DNA of 59,706 nucleotides from an uncultured Clostridia bacterium (GTDB lineage: Bacteria > Bacillota > Clostridia > Oscillospirales > CAG-272): NCBI GenBank assembly GCA_944383705.1, contig CALWQR010000004.1, forward strand, positions 1 to 59,706. Reading direction: 5' to 3'. The first letter of the stretch is position 1, and the number at the start of each line of letters is the position of its first letter. The translations under genes were made by a program, and so were the position numbers. The notes beneath the pieces are model-generated. The model was not told the origin of the DNA. It worked only from the letters and a program-made list of their open reading frames with translations, and ran no database searches. Below are positions 52,327 to 59,706 of the stretch, in pieces.

Positions 52327-54348
52327 ATGAAACGCTTTTTTGCACTGCTTGTCGCACTGATGCTTTTGATGGGGACCGTTCCCACGGCTTTTGCGGCCGA
52401 TGCCGCGGCCGAGGATGCGGATCTTGCTTCGCATCTGGTTGTTCATTACGATTTTGAGGGGGAAAGCGTTGCCGAGGCGCTCACCGACAAGGCAACCGGG
52501 GGCAGCGCGCAGGACGATCTGCACGTGTATACTCCGGACAACAAAAATACCGATCCGTCCGGGCAGGCCGTAGAGGCCACCGCGGTGGATTCCTCGGCTT
52601 TTACAGAGAGCTTTGATGTAGACCCTGTGCAGGGCACGGTCAGCAATCTGCAGGCCGGCGCCACCCTGCAGGCGATCAGCTCGGAGGATGTCCGCAGTCT
52701 CTATTCCCGGGACGCCGATGACAATGTCGGCGCCGCCACATGGTTTATCCGCTTCCGTCTGGATGACGTGAGTCAGGCCGAGGCCCGGCTGGTGGATATG
52801 CGCGTGAACAACAGCGGCGGCCGGATGTTTTCCATCCTGGTCAACCAGGAGGGGGCGCTGCTGACCAACGCCGCCCGCACTGCCAGTAAAAACAACAACT
52901 ATGTCTATACCACCGATACCGCCGGCCGGGTGGAAAACGGCGTCTATGTCAATTTTGCGCTGGTCATGGAGACCGGCGTTGGTCTGAACGGTACATCCGG
53001 CTATGAAACGGATATCAAGTACACGCCCTACGTGTCCTATGGCACACCGACTTCGGCGTCCGACTGGATTCCGCTGCAGGGGACCGAGTATGTCTCGTTC
53101 CGCACTGACCGGCTGGCCGATGCGCCGCTCTCGCTCTTTGACCGCTATGACGGGGCGGGCAGCAACAATGCCACCCTGACGCTGGACGATGTGCGCCTGT
53201 ACAACAAGGGGTTGACCGCCGCGGAGCTGCAGGAAATGTTTGCCGCCGGCAGCTTTGTTGACGACGGCCGGCCAACCGAGCCGGATAACGACAAAATGGC
53301 AACCGGCGCTTACACGGTGGGGGAGGAATTTGTCTCGTTTTATCCCACGGATGACGCAACCTATGTGCGTCTGGATTCCGGCAACGCCTGGGCCTTAGCC
53401 GATGCCGAGGGCGCCATGGGCGGCAAGGCCATTACCTGCTCTGCCGAAGCATCGGACGCAGAGGGAGACGGCTTTACCTGGGTGTTTGTTGTCCCGCAGG
53501 ACGGTGACTACACCGTGTGGGGGCGCGTCTGTTATCCCACACAAACCGCCAATTCGCTCTTTTACTCGGTGGACGGAGGGGAATCTCAAATCTGGGACTT
53601 CCCGGATGAAGCCGATGCCGCGGCGGATTGCTATGGCAGCTGGCAGTATTTTTATCTGACCGAACGCAAAAGCGGCACCTATGACGACCCTGCGCAGTAT
53701 GGCCCGTGGACCATTGAGAACGGCGAATGGAGGCATTCGCCAATGGTGCTGCACCTGACGGCGGGTGAGCACAGCATTCATTTCACCGGCCGGGAGGCAG
53801 GCATGTCGATTGACGAGCTGGTGCTGACCAGCTACGAGGTCTCGGAGTATGACCCGAACCGGTTTGAGGGCAATTCCTGTCTGCTGGAATCCTGCCAGTT
53901 CTGCGGTACGGCATGGCAGCATTACTATTCGGACGGTTACGCACAGAACGGCGTGACGGCGCAGTCCTACTTCACCAACGTTCTGCATCCGGATGCCGCC
54001 GTTTGGCAGATTCCGCCCGTCACCCCCGTTCCGGAGGACCCGGACGAGCCGGAAGACCCCGATACGCCGACCGACACCGACGAGCCGGATACCCCCGGAG
54101 ATTCGGATGAACCCGACGAACCGGACGATTCGGACGAACCGGATGAGCCCGACGATCCCCAGGCCGCGACATCGGGGGGTGATGCCGGGACAGAGACTCC
54201 CGGTGCCGGGGATGAGAGCACCGGCGATTCTTCCTCCGCAGACGGGGACGGCTGTGCCTCGGTTTTTGGTTCCGGCAGCATGATGGCGGCCCTGGTTGTT
54301 GCCGGACTGGCTGCATCCGGTATCTTCAGACGGAAGGAGAACAGCTGA
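52327..54348 (+). CDS. Secreted LamG-like + CBM-like protein with acidic linker and C-terminal membrane anchor
   Basis: Signal peptide (AFA); LVVHYDFEG...LDDVRLYNKGLT; CBM6/35-like GDYTVWGRV...LTAGEHSI; PDEPD repeats; GC-TM-RRK tail. Confidence 0.8.
   Translation: MKRFFALLVALMLLMGTVPTAFAADAAAEDADLASHLVVHYDFEGESVAEALTDKATGGSAQDDLHVYTPDNKNTDPSGQAVEATAVDSSAFTESFDVDPVQGTVSNLQAGATLQAISSEDVRSLYSRDADDNVGAATWFIRFRLDDVSQAEARLVDMRVNNSGGRMFSILVNQEGALLTNAARTASKNNNYVYTTDTAGRVENGVYVNFALVMETGVGLNGTSGYETDIKYTPYVSYGTPTSASDWIPLQGTEYVSFRTDRLADAPLSLFDRYDGAGSNNATLTLDDVRLYNKGLTAAELQEMFAAGSFVDDGRPTEPDNDKMATGAYTVGEEFVSFYPTDDATYVRLDSGNAWALADAEGAMGGKAITCSAEASDAEGDGFTWVFVVPQDGDYTVWGRVCYPTQTANSLFYSVDGGESQIWDFPDEADAAADCYGSWQYFYLTERKSGTYDDPAQYGPWTIENGEWRHSPMVLHLTAGEHSIHFTGREAGMSIDELVLTSYEVSEYDPNRFEGNSCLLESCQFCGTAWQHYYSDGYAQNGVTAQSYFTNVLHPDAAVWQIPPVTPVPEDPDEPEDPDTPTDTDEPDTPGDSDEPDEPDDSDEPDEPDDPQAATSGGDAGTETPGAGDESTGDSSSADGDGCASVFGSGSMMAALVVAGLAASGIFRRKENS
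54013..54160 (+). repeat. Low-complexity Pro/Asp/Glu coding repeat (linker)
   Basis: PEDPDEPEDPDTPTDTDEPDTPGDSDEPDEPDDSDEPDEPDDP. Confidence 0.8.
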
Positions 54349-54349
54349 G

Positions 54350-55660
54350 ATGAAAAAAACAGCGGTTGCGTTGACGCTCGTCATGCTGATTCAGCTGACC
54401 GTGCTTGCCCTGCTGCCGGTCAGCGCGGCGGACGCCGGACAAGACCTGGCCGGACATTTGGTGGTGCATTATGATTTTGAGGGAGACACCGTAGAGGAGG
54501 CGCTCTCGGATAAGGCAACAGGCGGCCGTGTGTCGGATGCCCTGCATGCGTATACACCCGACAATAAAAATACCGACCCGACCGGGCAGACCGTTTCCCC
54601 CACTCTGATAGATTCCGATGCCTTCCGCGCAAGCTTTGATGTGGATACCGAGCGGGGGACCGTCCGCAATCTGCAGGCCGGCGCCGCGCTGGAAGCGGTC
54701 AGCTCGGAGGATATCCGCAGCCTGTATTCGCGGGATGCGGATAACAATGTCGGCGCTGCCACGTGGTTCATCCGCTTCCGTCTGGACGATGTGAGTCAGG
54801 GCGGCGAGGCCCGGCTGGTGGATATGCGCGTAAACAACAAGAGCGGCTGCATGTTTTCCGTTCTGGTCAGTACGGACGGGAAGCTGTGCACAAACGCTGC
54901 GAAAACCGCGAGCAGTCGGGAGACATATTTCTACACAACCGATGAAAAGGGTTTGGTGCAGAACGGGGAGTACGTCAACTTTATGCTGGTGATGGAAACC
55001 GGAACCGGCACCTCCGGGTATACTACGGATATGAAGTACACCCCCTATGTCTCCTACGGAATTCCGACCTGCGCCGAGGATTGGATTCCGCTGCAGGGAA
55101 CCGACTACGTATCGTTCCGTATCGACCGGTTGTCCACCGCCCCGCTTTCCCTGCTTGACCGGTACGACGGGGCCGGCAGCAACAATGTCACCCTGACACT
55201 GGACGATGTGCGGCTGTACAACAAGGGACTGACCGTAGAGGAGATGTCCTCCGTATTCACGCAGGGGAGCTTTGATACGGTTCATCTGGTGGGCTCTCAA
55301 ACCAAACGGAACGAACAGGACGGTTTTTATGACCTGCGGTTTGTGGCGGTTGCGGATGCGCTGGACGCCTCCCGCGTCGGATTTGAGGTGACCGCTGCGT
55401 ACAGACAGGACGGGGAGACGGTTGAGGCGGAGCCCTGCTCCTTCGATACCGACGTGGTGTATTCGTCCATTCGCGCCGGAGGCGAGACAATCATGGCCTC
55501 TGACCTGGGGGGAACGTATGTGATGGCACTGGTTATCGGGCACATCCCATCTCATTATCAGGAAGTCAGCTTTGAGGTGCGGCCATACCTGCTCTATGGG
55601 GAGACCCGGATCTATGGGCAGACGCAAACCGTGAGATATCCGGCAGAGGAATTGGCATAA
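54350..55660 (+). CDS. Secreted LamG-like paralog with an unnamed beta-rich C-terminal domain
   Basis: Signal peptide (VSA); N-domain closely similar to the upstream gene; C-domain YDLRFVA..VGFEV..VYSSI..LGGTYVMAL..FEVRPY. Confidence 0.8.
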   Translation: MKKTAVALTLVMLIQLTVLALLPVSAADAGQDLAGHLVVHYDFEGDTVEEALSDKATGGRVSDALHAYTPDNKNTDPTGQTVSPTLIDSDAFRASFDVDTERGTVRNLQAGAALEAVSSEDIRSLYSRDADNNVGAATWFIRFRLDDVSQGGEARLVDMRVNNKSGCMFSVLVSTDGKLCTNAAKTASSRETYFYTTDEKGLVQNGEYVNFMLVMETGTGTSGYTTDMKYTPYVSYGIPTCAEDWIPLQGTDYVSFRIDRLSTAPLSLLDRYDGAGSNNVTLTLDDVRLYNKGLTVEEMSSVFTQGSFDTVHLVGSQTKRNEQDGFYDLRFVAVADALDASRVGFEVTAAYRQDGETVEAEPCSFDTDVVYSSIRAGGETIMASDLGGTYVMALVIGHIPSHYQEVSFEVRPYLLYGETRIYGQTQTVRYPAEELA

Positions 55661-55786
55661 CCGCATAGTAAAACCGGATTTTGTGTGGGGGCAGGGCCGT
55701 CTTCGGTCTGCCTTGCCCCTTCGGACGTTGTATCCGCCCGGCCTTCCCGGGCCTGACAACCCGATATTGACAGAAGGGAGATTGCA

Positions 55787-55927
55787 ATGAGAAAAACCTA
55801 TATTCACCCGATGCTCGGAGTGGTATCCGGCGGTCCCGAGGACTGTATTGCCACATCCACCCTGACCTTTCATCCGACAGGGGAGGGGGACCCCATCAGC
55901 GTGGATTTTGACAGCATGTTTCACTGA
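55787..55927 (+). CDS. 46-aa small peptide with YxxP...EDCIATS leader-like motif
   Basis: Hand-translated MRKTYIHPMLGVVSGGPEDCIATSTLTFHPTGEGDPISVDFDSMFH; GAAGGGAG RBS 6 nt upstream; below the ORF-track size cutoff. Confidence 0.75.
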   Translation: MRKTYIHPMLGVVSGGPEDCIATSTLTFHPTGEGDPISVDFDSMFH

Positions 55928-55976
55928 TTCGCCGGTTCCTGTTTTGCGTCCGGATGGTTCCGGAAAAGCGGACAAG

Positions 55977-56039
55977 CCAATCGCAGCCCGCAGGACTGCG
56001 TCAAGGAGAAACCAATCTCAGTCCGCGGGACTGCGTCAA
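55977..56039. repeat. Two-copy 28-bp imperfect direct repeat with palindromic core
   Basis: ccaatcgcagcccgcaggactgcgtcaa / ccaatctcagtccgcgggactgcgtcaa, period 35. Confidence 0.65.
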
Positions 56040-56117
56040 AGTGCGGAAACCGGTCCCTCCGGACAATCGGAATGGGCGGGCAGAAAAAACGGTTTTGGGG
56101 GAATTTTGCTTACCCTC

Positions 56118-56146
56118 TTGCATTTCGTCCGGAAATGCGATATAAT
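56118..56146 (+). promoter_or_regulatory. Sigma-A promoter with an embedded inverted repeat
   Basis: TTGCAT-17-TATAAT; gcatttc-N5-gaaatgc at 56120-56138. Confidence 0.65.
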
Positions 56147-56224
56147 GTAGGGGAAGGAAACAGACTGAACGGAGCGCGCCCGAATATGCGGACGGGCGCA
56201 CCGTCCATCAGAAAGGGGAACATT

Positions 56225-56767
56225 ATGACCGAAAAGGAACTTCTTCAGCACGCCAAGGGCTACATTGACAACCTTGCAAATGGCATCAATCCACTCACGG
56301 GCGAGCCGGTCGCCGAGACCGACATCGTCAACAACGTGCGGATTTCGCGCTGCCTGTTCTATGTCTCCGGAATCCTGGACAAGGTTCTCAGCGGCAACAA
56401 GCAGATTGTCCCGCGCGATCGGCGCCTCCGCTTTTCGGTTTCACCGGAAAAACTGGAGGCGTTTCCGTATGCATCCGCTCCGATTTACGTGTCCGAAATC
56501 GCCAACCGGCTGTCCGCGCTGGCCGATGACGGCTCCGGGAAGATTTCTGCATACCGGATTACCAAATGGCTGTTGGCAAACGGATTTTTTGAGGAGCAGA
56601 CCGACAGCTCCGGCAAGCCCCGGCGGGTGGTGACCGAGGCCGGCAAGGAGATCGGTCTGTACCAGGTGGAACGGGAAAGCGCGCACGGCAAATTTCTTGC
56701 CACCTTATATCCAACCGAGGCCCAGCGCTTTATTGTGGATAACCTGGAGGCCATTCTGGCAGAGTGA
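56225..56767 (+). CDS. Hypothetical DNA-binding protein (antirepressor KilAC-like C-half)
   Basis: LANGINPLTG N-domain; ITKWLLANGFF..TEAGKEIGL..EAQRFI. Confidence 0.7.
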   Translation: MTEKELLQHAKGYIDNLANGINPLTGEPVAETDIVNNVRISRCLFYVSGILDKVLSGNKQIVPRDRRLRFSVSPEKLEAFPYASAPIYVSEIANRLSALADDGSGKISAYRITKWLLANGFFEEQTDSSGKPRRVVTEAGKEIGLYQVERESAHGKFLATLYPTEAQRFIVDNLEAILAE

Positions 56768-56871
56768 ATCCGGCCCCGCGCCCGGCGCTATGGCGCGGCT
56801 GCCTGGGGCGTCACCCGGCAGGGGCAAAGCGTCCGGCAGGGACGATATGTTCCTCTGACTAAAATTTTCTG

Positions 56872-56901
56872 TTGACAAAGCCGTAAAAGATGTGGTATAA
56901 T
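56872..56901 (+). promoter_or_regulatory. Sigma-A promoter
   Basis: TTGACA-18-TATAAT with TG extension. Confidence 0.7.
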
Positions 56902-56969
56902 AGAGATGGGTTTTATCTGATTGTGACAAACCGACCAAAATCCGCAAGAACACCAAAGGAGGATCTACC

Positions 56970-57590
56970 ATGAACCGAATCATTACCGTGGGACGTCAGT
57001 TCGGCAGCGGCGGGCGGGAGCTGGGCAAGCGCTTGGCCGACGAGCTGGGCTGCCCGTATTACGACAAGGACATCATCCGCGAAATTGCCGCCCGAACCCA
57101 GCTGGCCGAGAGCTACATCCAGCAGGTTCTGGAGCATCGCCCCAGCTACTTTTTTCCCATTACCACCGGCAACACGCTGCACAGCACCACGCCGGACTAT
57201 CTGCTGCACCAGCATACCTCGGTGTACACTGAGCAGGTCAACACCATCCGCGAGATGGCCGAAAAATCCGACTGCGTGATTGTCGGCCGCTGTGCCGACC
57301 ACATCCTGCGGGAGTTCCGCCCCTTCCGTCTCTTTGTGTACGCCGACATGGCGTCCCGCCTGGAGCGCTGCCGCAAAAAGGCTCCCGAGGATGAGGCCCT
57401 CTCGGACAAGGAGCTGAAAAAGAAGATTCTGCGTGTGGACCGCAACCGCGCCAGATATTACCGCTACTACACCGGACAGGTGTGGGGACAGCCGGCCAAT
57501 TATGATTTTTGCATCAATACCTCCTGGGTCAACATCAAGGCTGCCACGCACGCGCTGGCGCAGATGATCCGGGAGGAGCCGCTGCCCTGA
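56970..57590 (+). CDS. Cytidylate kinase-like family protein
   Basis: ITVGRQFGSGGRELG, CVIVGRCADHIL, RARYYRYYTGQVWG, YDFCINT. Confidence 0.9.
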   Translation: MNRIITVGRQFGSGGRELGKRLADELGCPYYDKDIIREIAARTQLAESYIQQVLEHRPSYFFPITTGNTLHSTTPDYLLHQHTSVYTEQVNTIREMAEKSDCVIVGRCADHILREFRPFRLFVYADMASRLERCRKKAPEDEALSDKELKKKILRVDRNRARYYRYYTGQVWGQPANYDFCINTSWVNIKAATHALAQMIREEPLP

Positions 57591-57616
57591 GGCAGAGCAG
57601 GAGGGAACCGGACAAA

Positions 57617-59677
57617 ATGAAAAAAAGACTTGCGCGGGAGATTGCTCCCGTTCTTTCCACCCTGCTGCTGATGGCCGCCGGCGGTCTGCTGCCCCGGGAG
57701 GGAATACGGGATTGGCGGCTGGTGCTCCCGTTGGCTCTCTGTGCCGTTTTGCCGCTGCTGCTGGAGCTCTGCGGGTTTGTTGCCTTCGAGCTGGTTAACC
57801 GCCGCCTGCGGCAGGCCGACATTGCCAAAATGCAGCGCTACCTGGTGGGGCACCGGGATGCCGCCGCCGAGACCGCCCGGGCCAAGCTGGCCAGCCTGCG
57901 GCGCCTCCGGATGCTGACCGGCGCATATACCGCGCTGCTCTGGTTGCTGGCTGCCGGGACGGCGCTGCTTGCCGGGCTGACCTTTCAGGAAGCGTTTTCA
58001 CTGCTCACGCTCCCGGTCTGCTTCTGGGCTTATCTGTTGTTTTACGCGGTATACAGCCGCTTCCGCCGCGAGCGGACGGACGACCCGACGGGGGACGGCG
58101 TGGTCCCCCTGGACGAGGCCGATTACCCCGCCCTGTACGCGGCGGCCCGCCGGGCTGCTGACAGCCTGGAATACCGGGGCCGCATCGGCATTCTGCTGAC
58201 GCCGGGCTGCAATGCCTCGGTCCTGCGGGAGCCGCAGGGCTGCCGCCTGCTGCTGGGAGCCATGCTGCTGCAAATCATGTCGGAGGAGGAGCTGCACTGC
58301 ATTCTGCTGCATGAGCTGGCGCATATCGCGGCCGCCCGGCCGGAGACGCTGCGCGAGGCGCGCTGCAATGCCCGGATCCATGAATGGGAATCCGATTCCA
58401 CGTGGCAGCTGCACGCCGTGCGGGGCTTATTCCTGCCGCTGGATTTTGCCTATACCTTCCACTACGGCCTCTACGAATACGCCTCCTCGGTCATCAACGA
58501 GCTGGCGGCCGACCGCGCCATGGCCGACTTCGGCTCTCCCGCCGCGGCGGTATCCGGTCTGCTGCGCCTCTTTTACACCGATCGGTACGAGTGGGAGGAC
58601 GGCTTGGAGGACAGAACCCCGCTGCTGGAGCCCGAAGAGCCTGCGCCGGATTATATCGCCCGGAATCTGGACGCCTTCCGGCAGGCCGTCGAACGGCGGC
58701 ACAAGGATTGGGACGCGATGGTGGGTATAGAAATTCTGGCCAACAACGCCTCCCATCCCACCCTGCGGATGCGCATGGAGGCGCTGGGGGTCAGCGAGGC
58801 GCGGACCATCCCGCAAAACGATTCGGCCGCCTGGACTGCCGAGATGCAGAAGGCATTGGCGGCCGCCGAGCAGGCCGTGCTGAAGGTCCGGAAAGAGACC
58901 TACGCAAAGGACCGCGAAGAGAATTATCTGACCCCGCTGCGGGAGGTAACCGAATGGGAGGAAAAGGGACGCCCGGTCACCTCTGGATATCCCGATATTG
59001 TGGCCGCGCTGGACCGGCTGTGCAGATACTCCGAGGCCGAGGAACTGTGCGAACGTGCCATGGCCGAGCTGCCCGATACCTCCTCGCTGTATGCCCGCTA
59101 CTTCAAGGGCTGCTGTATGCTGTACCGTTACGACGCGCGGGGGATGGAGCTCATTTACCACGCCATCGAAAAAAACTCCAACCTGCTGGAAAACGGGCTC
59201 AGCGTCATCGGTACCTTTTGCTGCTACACCGGGCGGGAGCAGAAACTGCAGGACTACCGCCGGCGCGCCGTGCAGCTCTCGCAAAAGGACAAGGACAGCA
59301 CCAGTCAGGCCGGGTTCCTGACCCAGCACGACCGCCTGAGCAGCGAAACTCTGCCGGAGGGAATGCTGGAGAATATCCTGGCCTACATCGGCAGTGTGGC
59401 GGACGGGAAAATCGCGCGCGTGTACCTGGTGCGCAAAACCGTGAGCGATTCCTTTTTCACCAGCGTCTTCCTGATTCGCTTTGCCGGAGGAACCGACCAA
59501 CAGCAGCGTGAGATCCTTCACAAAATTTTTCTCTACCTGGACGGCTACCCCGTAGAGTGGCAGTTCTCACTGTTCGATTACGCCGATTATGCCTTCATCC
59601 ACCCCGAAAAAATCAACGGCAGCCTCGTCTGGAGCAATACGCCGAAGGAGAAGACCTTGGAGGGCCCCGCCTCTTAA
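57617..59677 (+). CDS. M48-family membrane zinc metalloprotease with a helical C-terminal extension
   Basis: N-terminal TMs, CNA, HELAH, ELAADR, SHPTLRMRM. Confidence 0.85.
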   Translation: MKKRLAREIAPVLSTLLLMAAGGLLPREGIRDWRLVLPLALCAVLPLLLELCGFVAFELVNRRLRQADIAKMQRYLVGHRDAAAETARAKLASLRRLRMLTGAYTALLWLLAAGTALLAGLTFQEAFSLLTLPVCFWAYLLFYAVYSRFRRERTDDPTGDGVVPLDEADYPALYAAARRAADSLEYRGRIGILLTPGCNASVLREPQGCRLLLGAMLLQIMSEEELHCILLHELAHIAAARPETLREARCNARIHEWESDSTWQLHAVRGLFLPLDFAYTFHYGLYEYASSVINELAADRAMADFGSPAAAVSGLLRLFYTDRYEWEDGLEDRTPLLEPEEPAPDYIARNLDAFRQAVERRHKDWDAMVGIEILANNASHPTLRMRMEALGVSEARTIPQNDSAAWTAEMQKALAAAEQAVLKVRKETYAKDREENYLTPLREVTEWEEKGRPVTSGYPDIVAALDRLCRYSEAEELCERAMAELPDTSSLYARYFKGCCMLYRYDARGMELIYHAIEKNSNLLENGLSVIGTFCCYTGREQKLQDYRRRAVQLSQKDKDSTSQAGFLTQHDRLSSETLPEGMLENILAYIGSVADGKIARVYLVRKTVSDSFFTSVFLIRFAGGTDQQQREILHKIFLYLDGYPVEWQFSLFDYADYAFIHPEKINGSLVWSNTPKEKTLEGPAS

Positions 59678-59706
59678 ATTTCACACCGAAGGAGAAGACC
59701 TTGGAG
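59642..59706 (+). repeat. Direct repeat (21 bp or longer, period 44) cut by the window end
   Basis: ccgaaggagaagaccttggag at 59642-59662 and 59686-59706; related inverted copy at 55-76. Confidence 0.75.

Noticed and set aside
55787-55927. Classical lasso peptide biosynthetic cluster
   Set aside because: No B1/B2/C genes or transporter nearby; only the leader-like motif is present
59642-59706. CRISPR array
   Set aside because: Only two copies, a 23-bp gap, part of the gap matches the dispersed copy at 55-76, and there are no cas genes

Overview
High-GC genomic DNA from a spore-forming Clostridia-type Firmicute (Oscillospirales/Eubacteriales-like, judged from spoIIGA-sigE, class A RNase P RNA and sigma-A promoters), probably a contig bounded by repeats. 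Bases 1-44,000 are mostly housekeeping: rnpB, prsA-like, mfd, pth, ppdK, an SGNH/GH20 pair, rpmF/yceD, an ABC exporter with TetR, an NCS2 permease, plsY, a PepP-family peptidase, spoIIGA-sigE, pcrA, nfo, obgE, der, prfB and rmlDCB-capD. About 44,100-56,050 is an accessory carbohydrate/cell-surface island. It holds an AraC regulator, deletion-fragmented lipoprotein/TIM-barrel genes, an orphan solute-binding lipoprotein, a GH33-like and GH78 pair, two paralogous secreted LamG-like proteins with different C-terminal modules, and a 46-aa ORF (missing from the ORF track) with a YxxP...ED(C)IATS leader-like motif. The best candidate for an undescribed system is this surface-display module: one paralog ends in a Gly-Cys/TM/basic sorting tail, the other in an unnamed beta-rich domain followed by the small peptide. 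Other oddities are a frameshift-free prfB, an in-frame TAG in a SAM methyltransferase, and a repeat insertion in the PrsA-like protein. All calls come from reading motifs by eye; no searches were run.
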